DNA from: Anaerolineaceae bacterium
GTDB taxonomy: Bacteria > Chloroflexota > Anaerolineae > Anaerolineales > Anaerolineaceae
NCBI GenBank assembly: GCA_035542155.1
Contig: DATKLX010000229.1
Span: forward strand, 442 to 64,441
Length of the DNA: 64,000 nucleotides
Direction of reading: 5' to 3'
The position numbers were made by a program, and so were the translations under genes. Below, piece after piece: positions 37,802-47,251 of this stretch. Within the stretch, counting starts at the first letter, position 1, and each line of letters opens with the position of its first letter. The notes below the pieces were generated by a model, which saw only the letters and a program-made list of their open reading frames with translations, ran no database searches and was not told where the DNA came from.

Positions 37802-40072
37802 ATGAGATGCGCCCGTTCCCCAAAATTTTCCGCTGCCAGGGTTTCTCTGACGATCCTGGTCGGTTGGCTGCTGGTCAGCGCCTGCCAGCCTTACCAGCCT
37901 GTTCCAGATAGAATCCCTTTCCACTTCCAGGACTGGAAGCTCGCCGATCTGCGCCTTCTACAGAATCCGCCGGAGGAGGTTCCGGCTGAACTCGCCCTGG
38001 TCGCGTTATACACGCGCGAGCTTGCAGCGGATATCCAGATCCGCGTGGATTTTCTCGCCAGCCGGCCGGAGCCGGATTGCGACCTCTATCTGTTTTTTGA
38101 TGCTCAGCCCGGAGGCGGAGGAGGAAAACCACTGCTGGCGGTTAAAGACCAAATCCAATGGGATTTCGCCATCATCCTGCCGGCTGGTGGTCCCGGACTG
38201 GTTTTCCGGCCGGATGGAAGCACCATCCCGGCTCTGATCCCCAGGTATTCCCGTGACAGCCTGATCGGCGATCTGGTTTTAACTTTGCGGAAGGAGCAGT
38301 TCCCCGGAAACCCGCGCCATTACCAGGTGGTAGTATTTTCAACATCGCCGGGAAGTAAGCTGCCGGCGGGAAACATCGGACCTGCCTGGAACGACACCAC
38401 CCCACCACGGCCCGCGCCGGTGCTGCTCGCGTTCTGGAACACCTTGCCAGCCGCTACCCCCGCTCAAACTCTGCGCCGTTGGGATGGTGCGCACACCGGC
38501 CCGCTTGGCCAGCGCCATGGCCTCAAAGAGCTGATCGACGCAAGCGCGTCCAATAACGTTCCGGTGGGATTGCTGGATTTAAAAAAACCAGCCAGCCTGC
38601 AAGCGCTGGATTATCTGGGCGTAATCCCATGGATCCAGGATCTGACAGCAAGCGGCCTTCTGCTCCTGCCTGACACCGCCTGGGGAGATCCGTATCTCCT
38701 GCGTGGACTGTATTCCAGCCGGGATAGCGCAGCTCGATTCGGGATCAAGCCGAGCGCCTTCCTGTATGGCGCCTTGCGATCCGCGCTGCCAGAGGAATAC
38801 CGTTTCGTATTTGCCCGTCTCCAGGATTCCAGCCACCTGGCAAGGAGGGGGAACCATATCTTCGTACCGCTTCCCGCTAACAACGGCGCCGAATTTGACC
38901 TGGAACATCCAGAAACCGGCCTGACCATAGCGGCCCGGCGGCAGACCATAGCGGTCGCCCTTTCACCCGACCCATCTGACCTGCTCGCGCTGGGTGGCTC
39001 GCTCCCGGAAAGTCTGTGGGGCGACTCGATCACCGCGGCCCAGGCGATGGGCTATCTCGGCGGTCATCCCTGGATCCAGATGCTCGATGAGAGTGGATTG
39101 GAAACTCTCCCCCCTGCCGCAAACGGGTCCCACCCTCTTTGCCCGGATTGGGCCTGCCTGATCCCGGCAGAAAATGACGCCCAGGACCCGGCTGTAGCGG
39201 TCCTGCGACAGGAGCTGGAGGCTATGCCACAAAGCGCCATCCACGATCTGGCCTGGGATACTTACCTGCGCCTGACCGATCCTGATCCTGACTCGAAACG
39301 GATGGCATTAAACCGGGAATACCTCCCCGAGATTCGGGAACTGGTCCGCGCCGCAAGCTGGGCTAACGACCCTGTGAACCTCTCCACCTGCACGTTCGAA
39401 GCCGGGGTATTCGGAAAACCCGGCTGCATGCTGGCAAATCAGAATTTATTCCTGATCATCGATCCTGAAAAAGCCTTGATCCAGTATGCTTTCGGGTTGA
39501 TCCATAACAAACCGGTTCAGATGATTGGGCCTTCCTCCCAATTAGATGTGGGACTGGGTGACCCGGCAGAATGGCAGCCAGGGAAAGGCTTCTTCTCCGA
39601 TCCGCAGGTGATCCCTGGAGCTTTCTGGGACCAAACCACGTCTACAGGATCTTTCAGGGTTGAAATTCATTCCGGAGAAATGGTTTTTTCACGGGCCGAG
39701 CCGCACCTGACCAAACTCATCCACCTCGAAGGCAGCCACCTGATCGTCAGCTTTGAGACGCAATCTCCGGTTCAAACCACCCTGCCGCTTTTGGTGAATT
39801 CGTTACAGGGTGGCATACAGGACCGGTTTGGAAGCTATGCGTTCGAACCCACCGATGGCGGCTGGCGTTGGGGGATCTCTCAAGGTCCAACCGTCGAGGT
39901 CTGGACCAACGGGTCCGGTGAGTTTACCTCATTCCTGGAATCGCGTTCCCTGATGGCAAATCCAGAAAACCCCGACCGGGATTACCCTGCCGGACATTAC
40001 CTGCCATTTCCGCTGGCAGTGATCCACATTTCAGTGGAGAAATATTTCACAGTCAGCATGGCCATTCAGTAG
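37802..40072 (+). CDS. large hypothetical lipoprotein (about 756 aa)
   Basis: The signal peptide has a lipobox-like LLVSAC. I recognise no catalytic family. I prefer ATG 37802. Confidence 0.6.
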   Translation: MRCARSPKFSAARVSLTILVGWLLVSACQPYQPVPDRIPFHFQDWKLADLRLLQNPPEEVPAELALVALYTRELAADIQIRVDFLASRPEPDCDLYLFFDAQPGGGGGKPLLAVKDQIQWDFAIILPAGGPGLVFRPDGSTIPALIPRYSRDSLIGDLVLTLRKEQFPGNPRHYQVVVFSTSPGSKLPAGNIGPAWNDTTPPRPAPVLLAFWNTLPAATPAQTLRRWDGAHTGPLGQRHGLKELIDASASNNVPVGLLDLKKPASLQALDYLGVIPWIQDLTASGLLLLPDTAWGDPYLLRGLYSSRDSAARFGIKPSAFLYGALRSALPEEYRFVFARLQDSSHLARRGNHIFVPLPANNGAEFDLEHPETGLTIAARRQTIAVALSPDPSDLLALGGSLPESLWGDSITAAQAMGYLGGHPWIQMLDESGLETLPPAANGSHPLCPDWACLIPAENDAQDPAVAVLRQELEAMPQSAIHDLAWDTYLRLTDPDPDSKRMALNREYLPEIRELVRAASWANDPVNLSTCTFEAGVFGKPGCMLANQNLFLIIDPEKALIQYAFGLIHNKPVQMIGPSSQLDVGLGDPAEWQPGKGFFSDPQVIPGAFWDQTTSTGSFRVEIHSGEMVFSRAEPHLTKLIHLEGSHLIVSFETQSPVQTTLPLLVNSLQGGIQDRFGSYAFEPTDGGWRWGISQGPTVEVWTNGSGEFTSFLESRSLMANPENPDRDYPAGHYLPFPLAVIHISVEKYFTVSMAIQ

Positions 40073-40146
40073 TATTTGTGATAAATTTGACTAAATGACC
40101 CTTTTTCTGCTATGATTGTACTGATCTCATACACTGGATGGAGTAG

Positions 40147-40767
40147 ATGACTGATAAACCAATCCCTGATGTCATTGTCGGCCGATTACCCCGCTATCTC
40201 CGCGCCCTGCGGCAAATGAGCGAAGCAGGGGCTCAAACCACCTCTTCACAGGAATTGGGCGAACGTCTGGGCATCTCCGCTGCCCAAATCCGCAAAGACC
40301 TATCCCAGTTTGGTGAGTTTGGAAAACAGGGTACAGGATATTCGATCTCCTTTTTGGTGAGACAACTCCAGGCAATCTTGAAAGTTGACCGCACGTGGGA
40401 GATGGTGTTGGTCGGCGCCGGTGACCTGGGACACGCGATCGCCGGCTACAACGGGTTCGCCAACTGGGGCTTTCACGTAGCTATGGTATTTGATAACGAC
40501 CCGCAGAAAATTGGTAAAAAGATCGACGAGTACACAATCTTGGATATGTCCGAGCTCAGCCCAAAGATAAAAGAATCAGGGATTCAGGTCGCCATGATCA
40601 CCACGCCAGCTTCCGCGGCGCAAGAAGTGGTCGATCAGCTCGTCAAGGCGGGAATAAAATCGATCCTCAATTACGCTCCAATCAATTTACACGTCCCGAA
40701 CAGTGTAAAGGTCCAGTATATCGATCCGGTCATCCACCTGCAGCGGATGACCTATTACCTGGATTAA
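40147..40767 (+). CDS. rex: redox-sensing transcriptional repressor Rex
   Basis: It has an RLPRYLRAL winged helix, SSQELGERLGISAAQIRKDLSQFGEFGKQGTGY, and the Rossmann motif VLVGAGDLGHAIA. Confidence 0.9.
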   Translation: MTDKPIPDVIVGRLPRYLRALRQMSEAGAQTTSSQELGERLGISAAQIRKDLSQFGEFGKQGTGYSISFLVRQLQAILKVDRTWEMVLVGAGDLGHAIAGYNGFANWGFHVAMVFDNDPQKIGKKIDEYTILDMSELSPKIKESGIQVAMITTPASAAQEVVDQLVKAGIKSILNYAPINLHVPNSVKVQYIDPVIHLQRMTYYLD

Positions 40768-41573
40768 CGCTTGTTGGCGAGGGACAAAAGTACGTCCAGA
40801 TTGGGAACCTGGTAGACCATCACCGGGGGTTGAGAGGTTGTGAGTTTGCCATCCGGAGCCAGGCGGACCCTCACCTGGCCGTCCAGAACTGCCAGCTCGT
40901 CGAGTTGGCTCCAGTCATAGACGTGCGTTCCGATCCGAACCCCTTCGTGCAGGCTGACCTGCACTGGTCCAAAATGAAGGATCTGGCCATTTTCCAGAGC
41001 CTGGGAGTAGCGCGCCAGGATATAAGGGGTGGCCTTTTCCCGGATCGAACTGCCTAAAACCTCTATCCGATCGAGAGTATCATCCAGGGTAACTTTATTC
41101 CCATTGCGGCGAGTCAATGTGTAGACGTAGCTGGGAGCGCTCGCCCGGTGGAGAAAGACCATCCTGGTGATTGCTGCCTGTATGGAAGAAATATCCTCCC
41201 AGTGCCAGGAGCGCATCTTTAGCAGGGTAGAGATCGCCACTCCCCTTTCATACAGAACCACAGCCCGGTTGAGACGGGTCAGGGCAATCCAGGCCACCGC
41301 GATACCAATGAGGATCAAAACGGCCGCCAGGATCAGAGGCAGGGTTAAACTGCGCCAGATGACCGCCGGGCCATTGCGGAAATAGCGCTGGTAGGTTTGA
41401 AACGCCCCCCAGGCCAGAACGGCAATCGCGGCCAGAATGGTGAGGATGGCCAGCAGAAACGGCCCAATGCGGACCATAAAATCCTGGCGAGGTAAAAAAA
41501 CGTCGATTGGGCGTCCCAGGCCCTGAACTTTGCTGAATTGGGATGGAACCTTATTCACATACCACCCAGTCAT
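40764..41573 (-). CDS. hypothetical 2-TM membrane protein with PH/beta-rich C-terminal region
   Basis: Two hydrophobic helices are followed by a soluble domain. Its stop overlaps the rex stop by 4 bp (convergent genes). Confidence 0.55.
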   Translation of the reverse strand: MTGWYVNKVPSQFSKVQGLGRPIDVFLPRQDFMVRIGPFLLAILTILAAIAVLAWGAFQTYQRYFRNGPAVIWRSLTLPLILAAVLILIGIAVAWIALTRLNRAVVLYERGVAISTLLKMRSWHWEDISSIQAAITRMVFLHRASAPSYVYTLTRRNGNKVTLDDTLDRIEVLGSSIREKATPYILARYSQALENGQILHFGPVQVSLHEGVRIGTHVYDWSQLDELAVLDGQVRVRLAPDGKLTTSQPPVMVYQVPNLDVLLSLANKR

Positions 41574-41634
41574 CGCAACCCCTTTATTTTGGGTAGCTCA
41601 TGCATCGTACGAATCACACTCAACCAGTAATATT

Positions 41635-42645
41635 TTATACCATGGGTAGATTTCGGCGAAGAATTTCGCGCATGGCAAGCCCGCGCGCGGCCCCTTCGGC
41701 AGTACAGGTGACCGGGTTATCCACCAGGTACGCGGGAATGCCAAGCGATTTAGTCAGAAATTTATCGATCCCGCGGAGGAGCGCCCCACCCCCACACAAC
41801 GCTACACCGCGGTCGATAATATCCGAAATCAGCTCGGGAGGGGTTTTTTCCAGGACGCGCCGCGTCGTGGAGACAATCTCGGCCAGCGGCTCCTGGAGAG
41901 CTTCGACGATCTCATCGGTTGTCAAGGTGGCTGGTTTGGGTAAGCCGGTTACCTGGTCCTGCCCCTGTATCTCCATGGATTGCTGCTCATCCTGTGGTAG
42001 CGCCGCGCCGATGCGGATCTTGAGCTGTTCGGCGGTTGGCTGGCCGATAACCAGTCCATATTTCTTGCGGATATAAGCTACGATAGCCTCATCCTGGCGC
42101 AGCCCACCCGTTCGTGTAGTCTCGGCGGAGACGATCCCATTCATGGCCAGAACTGCGACCTGAAAGGTGCCCCCTCCCAGACAGATGATCATATTGCCCG
42201 AGGGGGTGCCGATGGGCAGATCGATGCCGATCGCCGCGGCCAGGGGACTCCAGATGAGATATACCTCGCGGCTTCCGGCGCCAAGCCCGGCTTCGTGAAC
42301 GGCGCGGCTCTCCACGCTGGTGATCCCGTAGGGAACGGAGATCATTACCCGCGGGCGAAAAATTCCAAAAGGACCGCTCAATTTGTCTTTGATCAGGTGC
42401 TTCAGCAGGTTCTCGGTGATTTCATAATCCGCGATCACGCCATGAGAGAGCGGACGAACTACCTCAATGGTGTCAGGAACCCTGCCATACATGTCTCGCG
42501 CTGCCCGCCCCCACTCGACCATTTTTTGCTCTTCTACTACAACCGCAACCACAGTCGGTTCCTGAACGATCACCTGATTGCCTTCGGCGACAGTCGTATT
42601 GAATGAACCCAGGTCAATACCCAATTCTCGGGTAAAAGCAGGCAT
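41635..42645 (-). CDS. mreB: rod shape-determining protein MreB
   Basis: It shows actin-fold motifs: LGIDLGSFNT, the EPTVVAV region and GGGALLRGIDKFL. Confidence 0.9.
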   Translation of the reverse strand: MPAFTRELGIDLGSFNTTVAEGNQVIVQEPTVVAVVVEEQKMVEWGRAARDMYGRVPDTIEVVRPLSHGVIADYEITENLLKHLIKDKLSGPFGIFRPRVMISVPYGITSVESRAVHEAGLGAGSREVYLIWSPLAAAIGIDLPIGTPSGNMIICLGGGTFQVAVLAMNGIVSAETTRTGGLRQDEAIVAYIRKKYGLVIGQPTAEQLKIRIGAALPQDEQQSMEIQGQDQVTGLPKPATLTTDEIVEALQEPLAEIVSTTRRVLEKTPPELISDIIDRGVALCGGGALLRGIDKFLTKSLGIPAYLVDNPVTCTAEGAARGLAMREILRRNLPMV

Positions 42646-42757
42646 AACGATTAATTTCCCTTCCTGAAGATATCCTTGAGTGATGATGCGGGCCGATTGT
42701 GCATTGACCTGTCAAAATCATACCTGAAAGCCGTCTGCTTGTCCAGTTGGTATTTTC

Positions 42758-43336
42758 TCAGGAAGAAAAATATTGGAGCGCCAGGCGTAGCCGGGCTTCA
42801 ACGTCCATGGGTGCATCTTTGGGGATGGCCTGAAGAGCAGTCTGGGCTTCGATGACACTGTAGCCGAGCGCGGTCAACGCCCCAATCACCTCGGTCTCAA
42901 TATCGGTGAGGGGCGACATAGCAGCAAACTGTTCCTCGCCACTGACCTTTCCCTGCAGGTGGAGCAGGATCTTCTGGGCGGTCTTCTTACCCACGCCAGG
43001 CACCCTGCTAAAAATATCCGCCTGCTCGTTGACTACGGCGCGGCGGATGGCGTCCGTGGAAAGGACTGAAAGGATCGCCAGAGCGATGCGTGGGCCAACT
43101 CCATTCACCCCGAGGAGCAAAGTAAAGAATTCGCGGGTCTCACGCGTTTCAAAGCCGTACAAAGCAAGCAGGTCCTCGCGGACGACCAGATGGGTGTGCA
43201 GGGTAATATACTCGCCGACCCGCACCTGAGCGATCAGCGGTGCCGGGACGAAGACCCGCAATCCCAGTCCTCCCAACGTCACCACCAGATGATCTACTCC
43301 TACCTCCAACACTTCGCCACTCAAGGTAGCTATCAT
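42758..43336 (-). CDS. ruvA: Holliday junction branch migration protein RuvA
   Basis: The sequence reads MIATLSGEV ... LYGF ... FFTLLLGVNGVGPRIALAILS ... VPGVGKKTAQKI. Confidence 0.9.
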   Translation of the reverse strand: MIATLSGEVLEVGVDHLVVTLGGLGLRVFVPAPLIAQVRVGEYITLHTHLVVREDLLALYGFETRETREFFTLLLGVNGVGPRIALAILSVLSTDAIRRAVVNEQADIFSRVPGVGKKTAQKILLHLQGKVSGEEQFAAMSPLTDIETEVIGALTALGYSVIEAQTALQAIPKDAPMDVEARLRLALQYFSS

Positions 43337-43339
43337 ATC

Positions 43340-44167
43340 TTATCCTTTCCATGCCCGGCCCCGGTGCTGGTTGAAAATCTGGTAGAGTATGATCGCCGTG
43401 GCGATCGCCAGGTTGAGCGAATCGCTGCGGCCGCGCATGGGGATGGCGACCATCTGGTCACAAAAGCGAATAGCCTCTTCGCTCAGCCCCTGGCGTTCAT
43501 TGCCCATCAACAGCACCAGGGACTGCGGGTACTCCACTTCGGTATAGTCCCGCGCCGCGCCGCCAGAGGTTCCGACCAAGTGAACGTGGTTGGCGCGTTT
43601 CCATTCCGAAAATTGCGCAAGACTTGCCCGCACCAGCCGTTGCGAAAAAAGAGCGCCCATGCTGGCGCGGACGCAGGTGGGATCGAAGGGGTCTGTCGAA
43701 TGGTCGAGCAGGATCAACCCCGCGCCGCCAACGGCGTCGTTCGTCCGCAAAATAGTCCCCAGGTTGCCGGGATCGGCGATTGAGTCCAGGGCAACCCAGT
43801 CACAATTGACACTTAAGCCCTCCAGAGGCTCGACATGCTGGCGAACCAGGGCAGCGATCCCCTGGGGTCCCTCTTTCAGTGAAAAGGATTTGAAAACGTC
43901 GCTGCTCACCTCGAGCAGCGGAACTCCCCTTGCCGCCATTTTATCAATGAGCTCCCGGCCAAATTGGCTGGTCACCAGCTCTGGCGCGACAATCAGCGTA
44001 TCCAGGTCGGCGTCAAGCTGGACAGCCTCAGCCACAATGCGCAGGCCTTCGATCCAGTAGAGGCCGGCCTCATCACGATGACGGCGTTCTTTGAGCTTGC
44101 GAATCCACTTGATTTTTGAATTGGATAGGCTGGTGATGCGGCCGCCTGATTGAACGGATGCCCCCAT
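43340..44167 (-). CDS. TrmH/SpoU family RNA 2'-O-methyltransferase
   Basis: The SpoU motifs are LLMGNERQGLS and IPMRGRSDSLNLAIATAIILY. I prefer the start at ATG 44167, after a GAGGGAGGAAG RBS. The longer ORF would overlap ruvC. Confidence 0.8.
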   Translation of the reverse strand: MGASVQSGGRITSLSNSKIKWIRKLKERRHRDEAGLYWIEGLRIVAEAVQLDADLDTLIVAPELVTSQFGRELIDKMAARGVPLLEVSSDVFKSFSLKEGPQGIAALVRQHVEPLEGLSVNCDWVALDSIADPGNLGTILRTNDAVGGAGLILLDHSTDPFDPTCVRASMGALFSQRLVRASLAQFSEWKRANHVHLVGTSGGAARDYTEVEYPQSLVLLMGNERQGLSEEAIRFCDQMVAIPMRGRSDSLNLAIATAIILYQIFNQHRGRAWKG

Positions 44168-44177
44168 TCTTCCTCCC

Positions 44178-44678
44178 TCAGGCTGCTTCGACGGCGCGCA
44201 ACTGGTAACGAGAGCTGTGCAGGTGACAGATAGCAATGGCAAGCGCATCCGCCGCGTCATCCGGACGGGGAACCTCAGGCAGGTCGAGCAGCGCGCGCAC
44301 CATTTGCTGAACCTGCTGCTTATCCGCACCTCCAAACCCGGCAATCGCCTGCTTGACCTCCATCGGGGTGTACTCGGCAACCTCCAGCCCCGCTTCAGCC
44401 AGGGTCATCAGGATTACCCCGCGCGCCTGGCCGACTGCGATGGCTGTGGTCACATTTTTGGAGAAAAACAGCTTCTCCACCGCACATGAAACCGGGTGGT
44501 GGAGAAGGACAATTTCTTTCAGGCTCTGATTCAGTTTTAAAAGTCGTTCCGGCATCGCGAGGCCTGGCGGCGTGGTGATGACCCCATAACCCACTGAAAC
44601 CAGGCTTCCATCCGCTGCTTCACTGACCAGGCCGTATCCGGTGGTCGCTGTCCCAGGGTCAATGCCTAAAACGATCAT
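44178..44678 (-). CDS. ruvC: crossover junction endodeoxyribonuclease RuvC
   Basis: The product begins MIVLGIDPGTATTGYG, and the C-terminal ADALAIAICH is present. Confidence 0.9.
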   Translation of the reverse strand: MIVLGIDPGTATTGYGLVSEAADGSLVSVGYGVITTPPGLAMPERLLKLNQSLKEIVLLHHPVSCAVEKLFFSKNVTTAIAVGQARGVILMTLAEAGLEVAEYTPMEVKQAIAGFGGADKQQVQQMVRALLDLPEVPRPDDAADALAIAICHLHSSRYQLRAVEAA

Positions 44679-44688
44679 CCAGCCAGAC

Positions 44689-45444
44689 CTACTCTGCCTC
44701 CATCTCGGCCAACGCCTCGTCGGTGATGCGCAGGTTGGTATATACATTCTGGACATCGTCCAGCTCTTCCAGTGCCTCGACGGTTTTCATCACCGAGATA
44801 ATTTGATCTGTAGGCAACTCAATTTCCTGGTTGGGGATCATACGCAGGCCAGCCTCATCCGGATGGACACCTGCAGCCCGCAGCGCGTCACCGATAGCTT
44901 TGAAAGACTCTACCGGCCCAAAGATTTCGATCTCGTCACCGTCAAAAACGACATCATTCGCCCCGGCTTCAACCGCGATCTCAAAGATTTTATCCTGGTC
45001 CTGGCCCTCGGCTGGAAAGGCAATATAGGCCGTGCGGGTAAACTGCCAGCCCACGGATCCAGCCTCAGCCATATTTCCCCCACCCCGGCTGAGGAGATGA
45101 CGAATTTCAGAAACGGCGCGGTTGCGGTTGTCGGTGACACATTCGATCATGCAGGCAACTCCATGACCCACGTACCCTTCATAAAAAATCTGCTCTAAAA
45201 CGCTGCCATCTTTCGATTCACCGGTGCCGCGTTTAATCGCCCGGTCGATATTGTCCTTAGGCATATTTTGAGCGCGAGCACGTTCAATGGCCATTTGCAA
45301 GCGCACATTGGAATCCGGGTCCCCGCCGCCCTCGCGCGCTGCCATCACAATTTCGCGTGCCAGGCGGGTAAAGACCTGGCCTCTTTTGGCATCCGCGGCG
45401 CCCTTCTTGCGCCGGATCGTTGCCCAGTGGGAATGTCCTGACAT
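44689..45444 (-). CDS. yebC: YebC/PmpR family DNA-binding transcriptional regulator
   Basis: The product begins MSGHSHWATIRRKKGAADAKRGQVFTRLAREI. Confidence 0.9.
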   Translation of the reverse strand: MSGHSHWATIRRKKGAADAKRGQVFTRLAREIVMAAREGGGDPDSNVRLQMAIERARAQNMPKDNIDRAIKRGTGESKDGSVLEQIFYEGYVGHGVACMIECVTDNRNRAVSEIRHLLSRGGGNMAEAGSVGWQFTRTAYIAFPAEGQDQDKIFEIAVEAGANDVVFDGDEIEIFGPVESFKAIGDALRAAGVHPDEAGLRMIPNQEIELPTDQIISVMKTVEALEELDDVQNVYTNLRITDEALAEMEAE

Positions 45445-45665
45445 ACGTTAATCTCCTCTTTCAAACCATTCAGGATGGGAAGTTTCCAGTTTCGCAAATT
45501 ATACCATGCAATCCCGGCACCGATTACAGATTTGAAAGGTAGCCCGGTTTATGACATTTGTTCCTTGTGGAATCGCATTGGCAAATAATACAATACAACC
45601 AGAATTGGTATCCAAGCAAACCATTTTATAACCAAACAAACTTTCACGACCTGCATCGCTCCGCT

Positions 45666-46388
45666 ATGAACCCGAAGAGAATAATGCGACTACTCACATT
45701 ACTGGCCTTATCCCTATGTCTGGCTTTTGTCACCGTGGCTTTTACCCTGCCCCCCTCACCTATCACGGATACACCATCCTCGATGAACTTTGATCAGACC
45801 GTCAAAATCTCCCAATCCACCGGGATGACCGAATTTATCAGCCAGATCCGCAATGGCAAATCCGGTCAGCTCGTCGGGATCTACGCACCGGATATTATGG
45901 CCCTACCGGTCATCCAGCAGCCCGCAAAAAGCCCATCCTTCGTCTCAACTGCGCCTGACACCCTCACCCAATTTGGGATGGCGTCCCAGTATGGCACGAT
46001 CGGGATCCTCGCCCACAATAACCTGGCGGGCGCGAACTTCTACAAGTTCGCGGCAGGTGATCTGGTGGCCCTGGTCTACGGTGATGGTGTGGTAAAGTTC
46101 TACCAGATTGACAGGATCCAGCGGTTCCAGGCTCTTTCTCCGGAAAGCCCATTCTCAAATTTCATCGAACTGGACCACCCGGACAAGCAAATCACCTCCA
46201 CAGAGCTGTTTAACCGAATTTATTCGCACGGCGATCCGCTCGTTTTCCAGACCTGCCTGGCAGTCAGGGGTAACCTCTCATGGGGAAGAATTTTCGTCAC
46301 CGCGAAGGCCTTCTCACCTCGCCAGGCTGCTGTGGCCGGTCCACGGGTCTTCAAAGTCAGCACACCTATCAATGCCTTCGCCCGGTAG
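45666..46388 (+). CDS. putative divergent sortase-like transpeptidase
   Basis: It has an N-terminal TM/signal anchor. A candidate His-Cys-Arg triad is spaced like sortases (GILAHNN ... LVFQTC ... WGRIFVTA). The assignment rests on motif resemblance only. Confidence 0.45.
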   Translation: MNPKRIMRLLTLLALSLCLAFVTVAFTLPPSPITDTPSSMNFDQTVKISQSTGMTEFISQIRNGKSGQLVGIYAPDIMALPVIQQPAKSPSFVSTAPDTLTQFGMASQYGTIGILAHNNLAGANFYKFAAGDLVALVYGDGVVKFYQIDRIQRFQALSPESPFSNFIELDHPDKQITSTELFNRIYSHGDPLVFQTCLAVRGNLSWGRIFVTAKAFSPRQAAVAGPRVFKVSTPINAFAR

Positions 46389-46408
46389 GGAGAGTCGGTA
46401 TCCAACCG

Positions 46409-46445
46409 ATACACCCCGAAGAACGATCTTCGGGGTGTATTTTTG
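46409..46445 (+). terminator. intrinsic terminator
   Basis: ATACACCCCGAAG-AACGAT-CTTCGGGGTGTAT forms a 13-bp stem. It is followed by TTTT. Confidence 0.8.
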
Positions 46446-46460
46446 GAATCCAGGGGAACC

Positions 46461-47237
46461 TTACCGGAATGGACGGGCTACGACTACCACCCGGTTTGTG
46501 TTGTTGTCCGGCGGCCAGCAGGATACCAACGTGACCCGCTCATCGTCGGTATGCTCCAGCCAGCGGGCATTCTGAAGGCGAATTTCCAGCTCTTGATACT
46601 TTTCCGGCAGGATCATCACATTGGAGACGACGTAAACGAACACCTGAGGACCTGAATAGAGCATCACAAAATCGCCGGCTTTGAGATTGGATAGGTGGGC
46701 AAATACTTTTCCATGGATGTTGTGATGTCCGATCAGGACCGTATTGCCAGGTACTCCCAGGCTGGCCGAATCCGAATTCCATCCAGCCGCAAGTTCATCG
46801 GGCGCATTCCACTGTTCGAAAAATGACTCTCCGATCTTCACCACTTTCAACAAGGAAGGTTTGACCGGCGCATCCAGATTGATCGCCGGAATGACCAGGC
46901 GATCCGGAAGATAAACCACGCCCGGTACATGGGTCGGCGCCGGTGTGGGGATTGGCAGCCCCTGAGTGGTACCTGACGCCGGGTCACCCGAGGCAACCGC
47001 TGCTTCATCCGGTGTTGGACTGACAGTCCCGTCTGGCGCAGCCTCTGTCGCACTCTGGGTTTCGGCGGGCAAAAAGTATGGCACGAAGCCCTGCGAAGTA
47101 GACTGCTCTAACCGGTCAAACTGGTAATCCAGGCTTTCATCCGGATACAACAGATCGTTCACTACTCCTGAAAAGCCCGTGAAAATCATCAGCATTCCAA
47201 AGGCGGCCAGCCATTGGTTCAACCGTGGAAAGTGCAT
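46461..47237 (-). CDS. sortase family protein
   Basis: It has an N-terminal TM anchor and a Pro-rich linker. The catalytic blocks are NTVLIGHHN (His), RVTLVSCWP (Cys, TLxTC-like) and NRVVVVARP (Arg). Confidence 0.75.
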   Translation of the reverse strand: MHFPRLNQWLAAFGMLMIFTGFSGVVNDLLYPDESLDYQFDRLEQSTSQGFVPYFLPAETQSATEAAPDGTVSPTPDEAAVASGDPASGTTQGLPIPTPAPTHVPGVVYLPDRLVIPAINLDAPVKPSLLKVVKIGESFFEQWNAPDELAAGWNSDSASLGVPGNTVLIGHHNIHGKVFAHLSNLKAGDFVMLYSGPQVFVYVVSNVMILPEKYQELEIRLQNARWLEHTDDERVTLVSCWPPDNNTNRVVVVARPFR

Positions 47238-47251
47238 GGAACTACCTGGAC

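Noticed and set aside
40076-40092. A possible Rex operator upstream of rex (TTGTGATAAATTTGACT).
   Set aside because: Only one half-site (TTGTGA) matches the remembered consensus TTGTGAA-N4-TTCACAA. The second half (TTGACT) is poor, so the evidence is insufficient.
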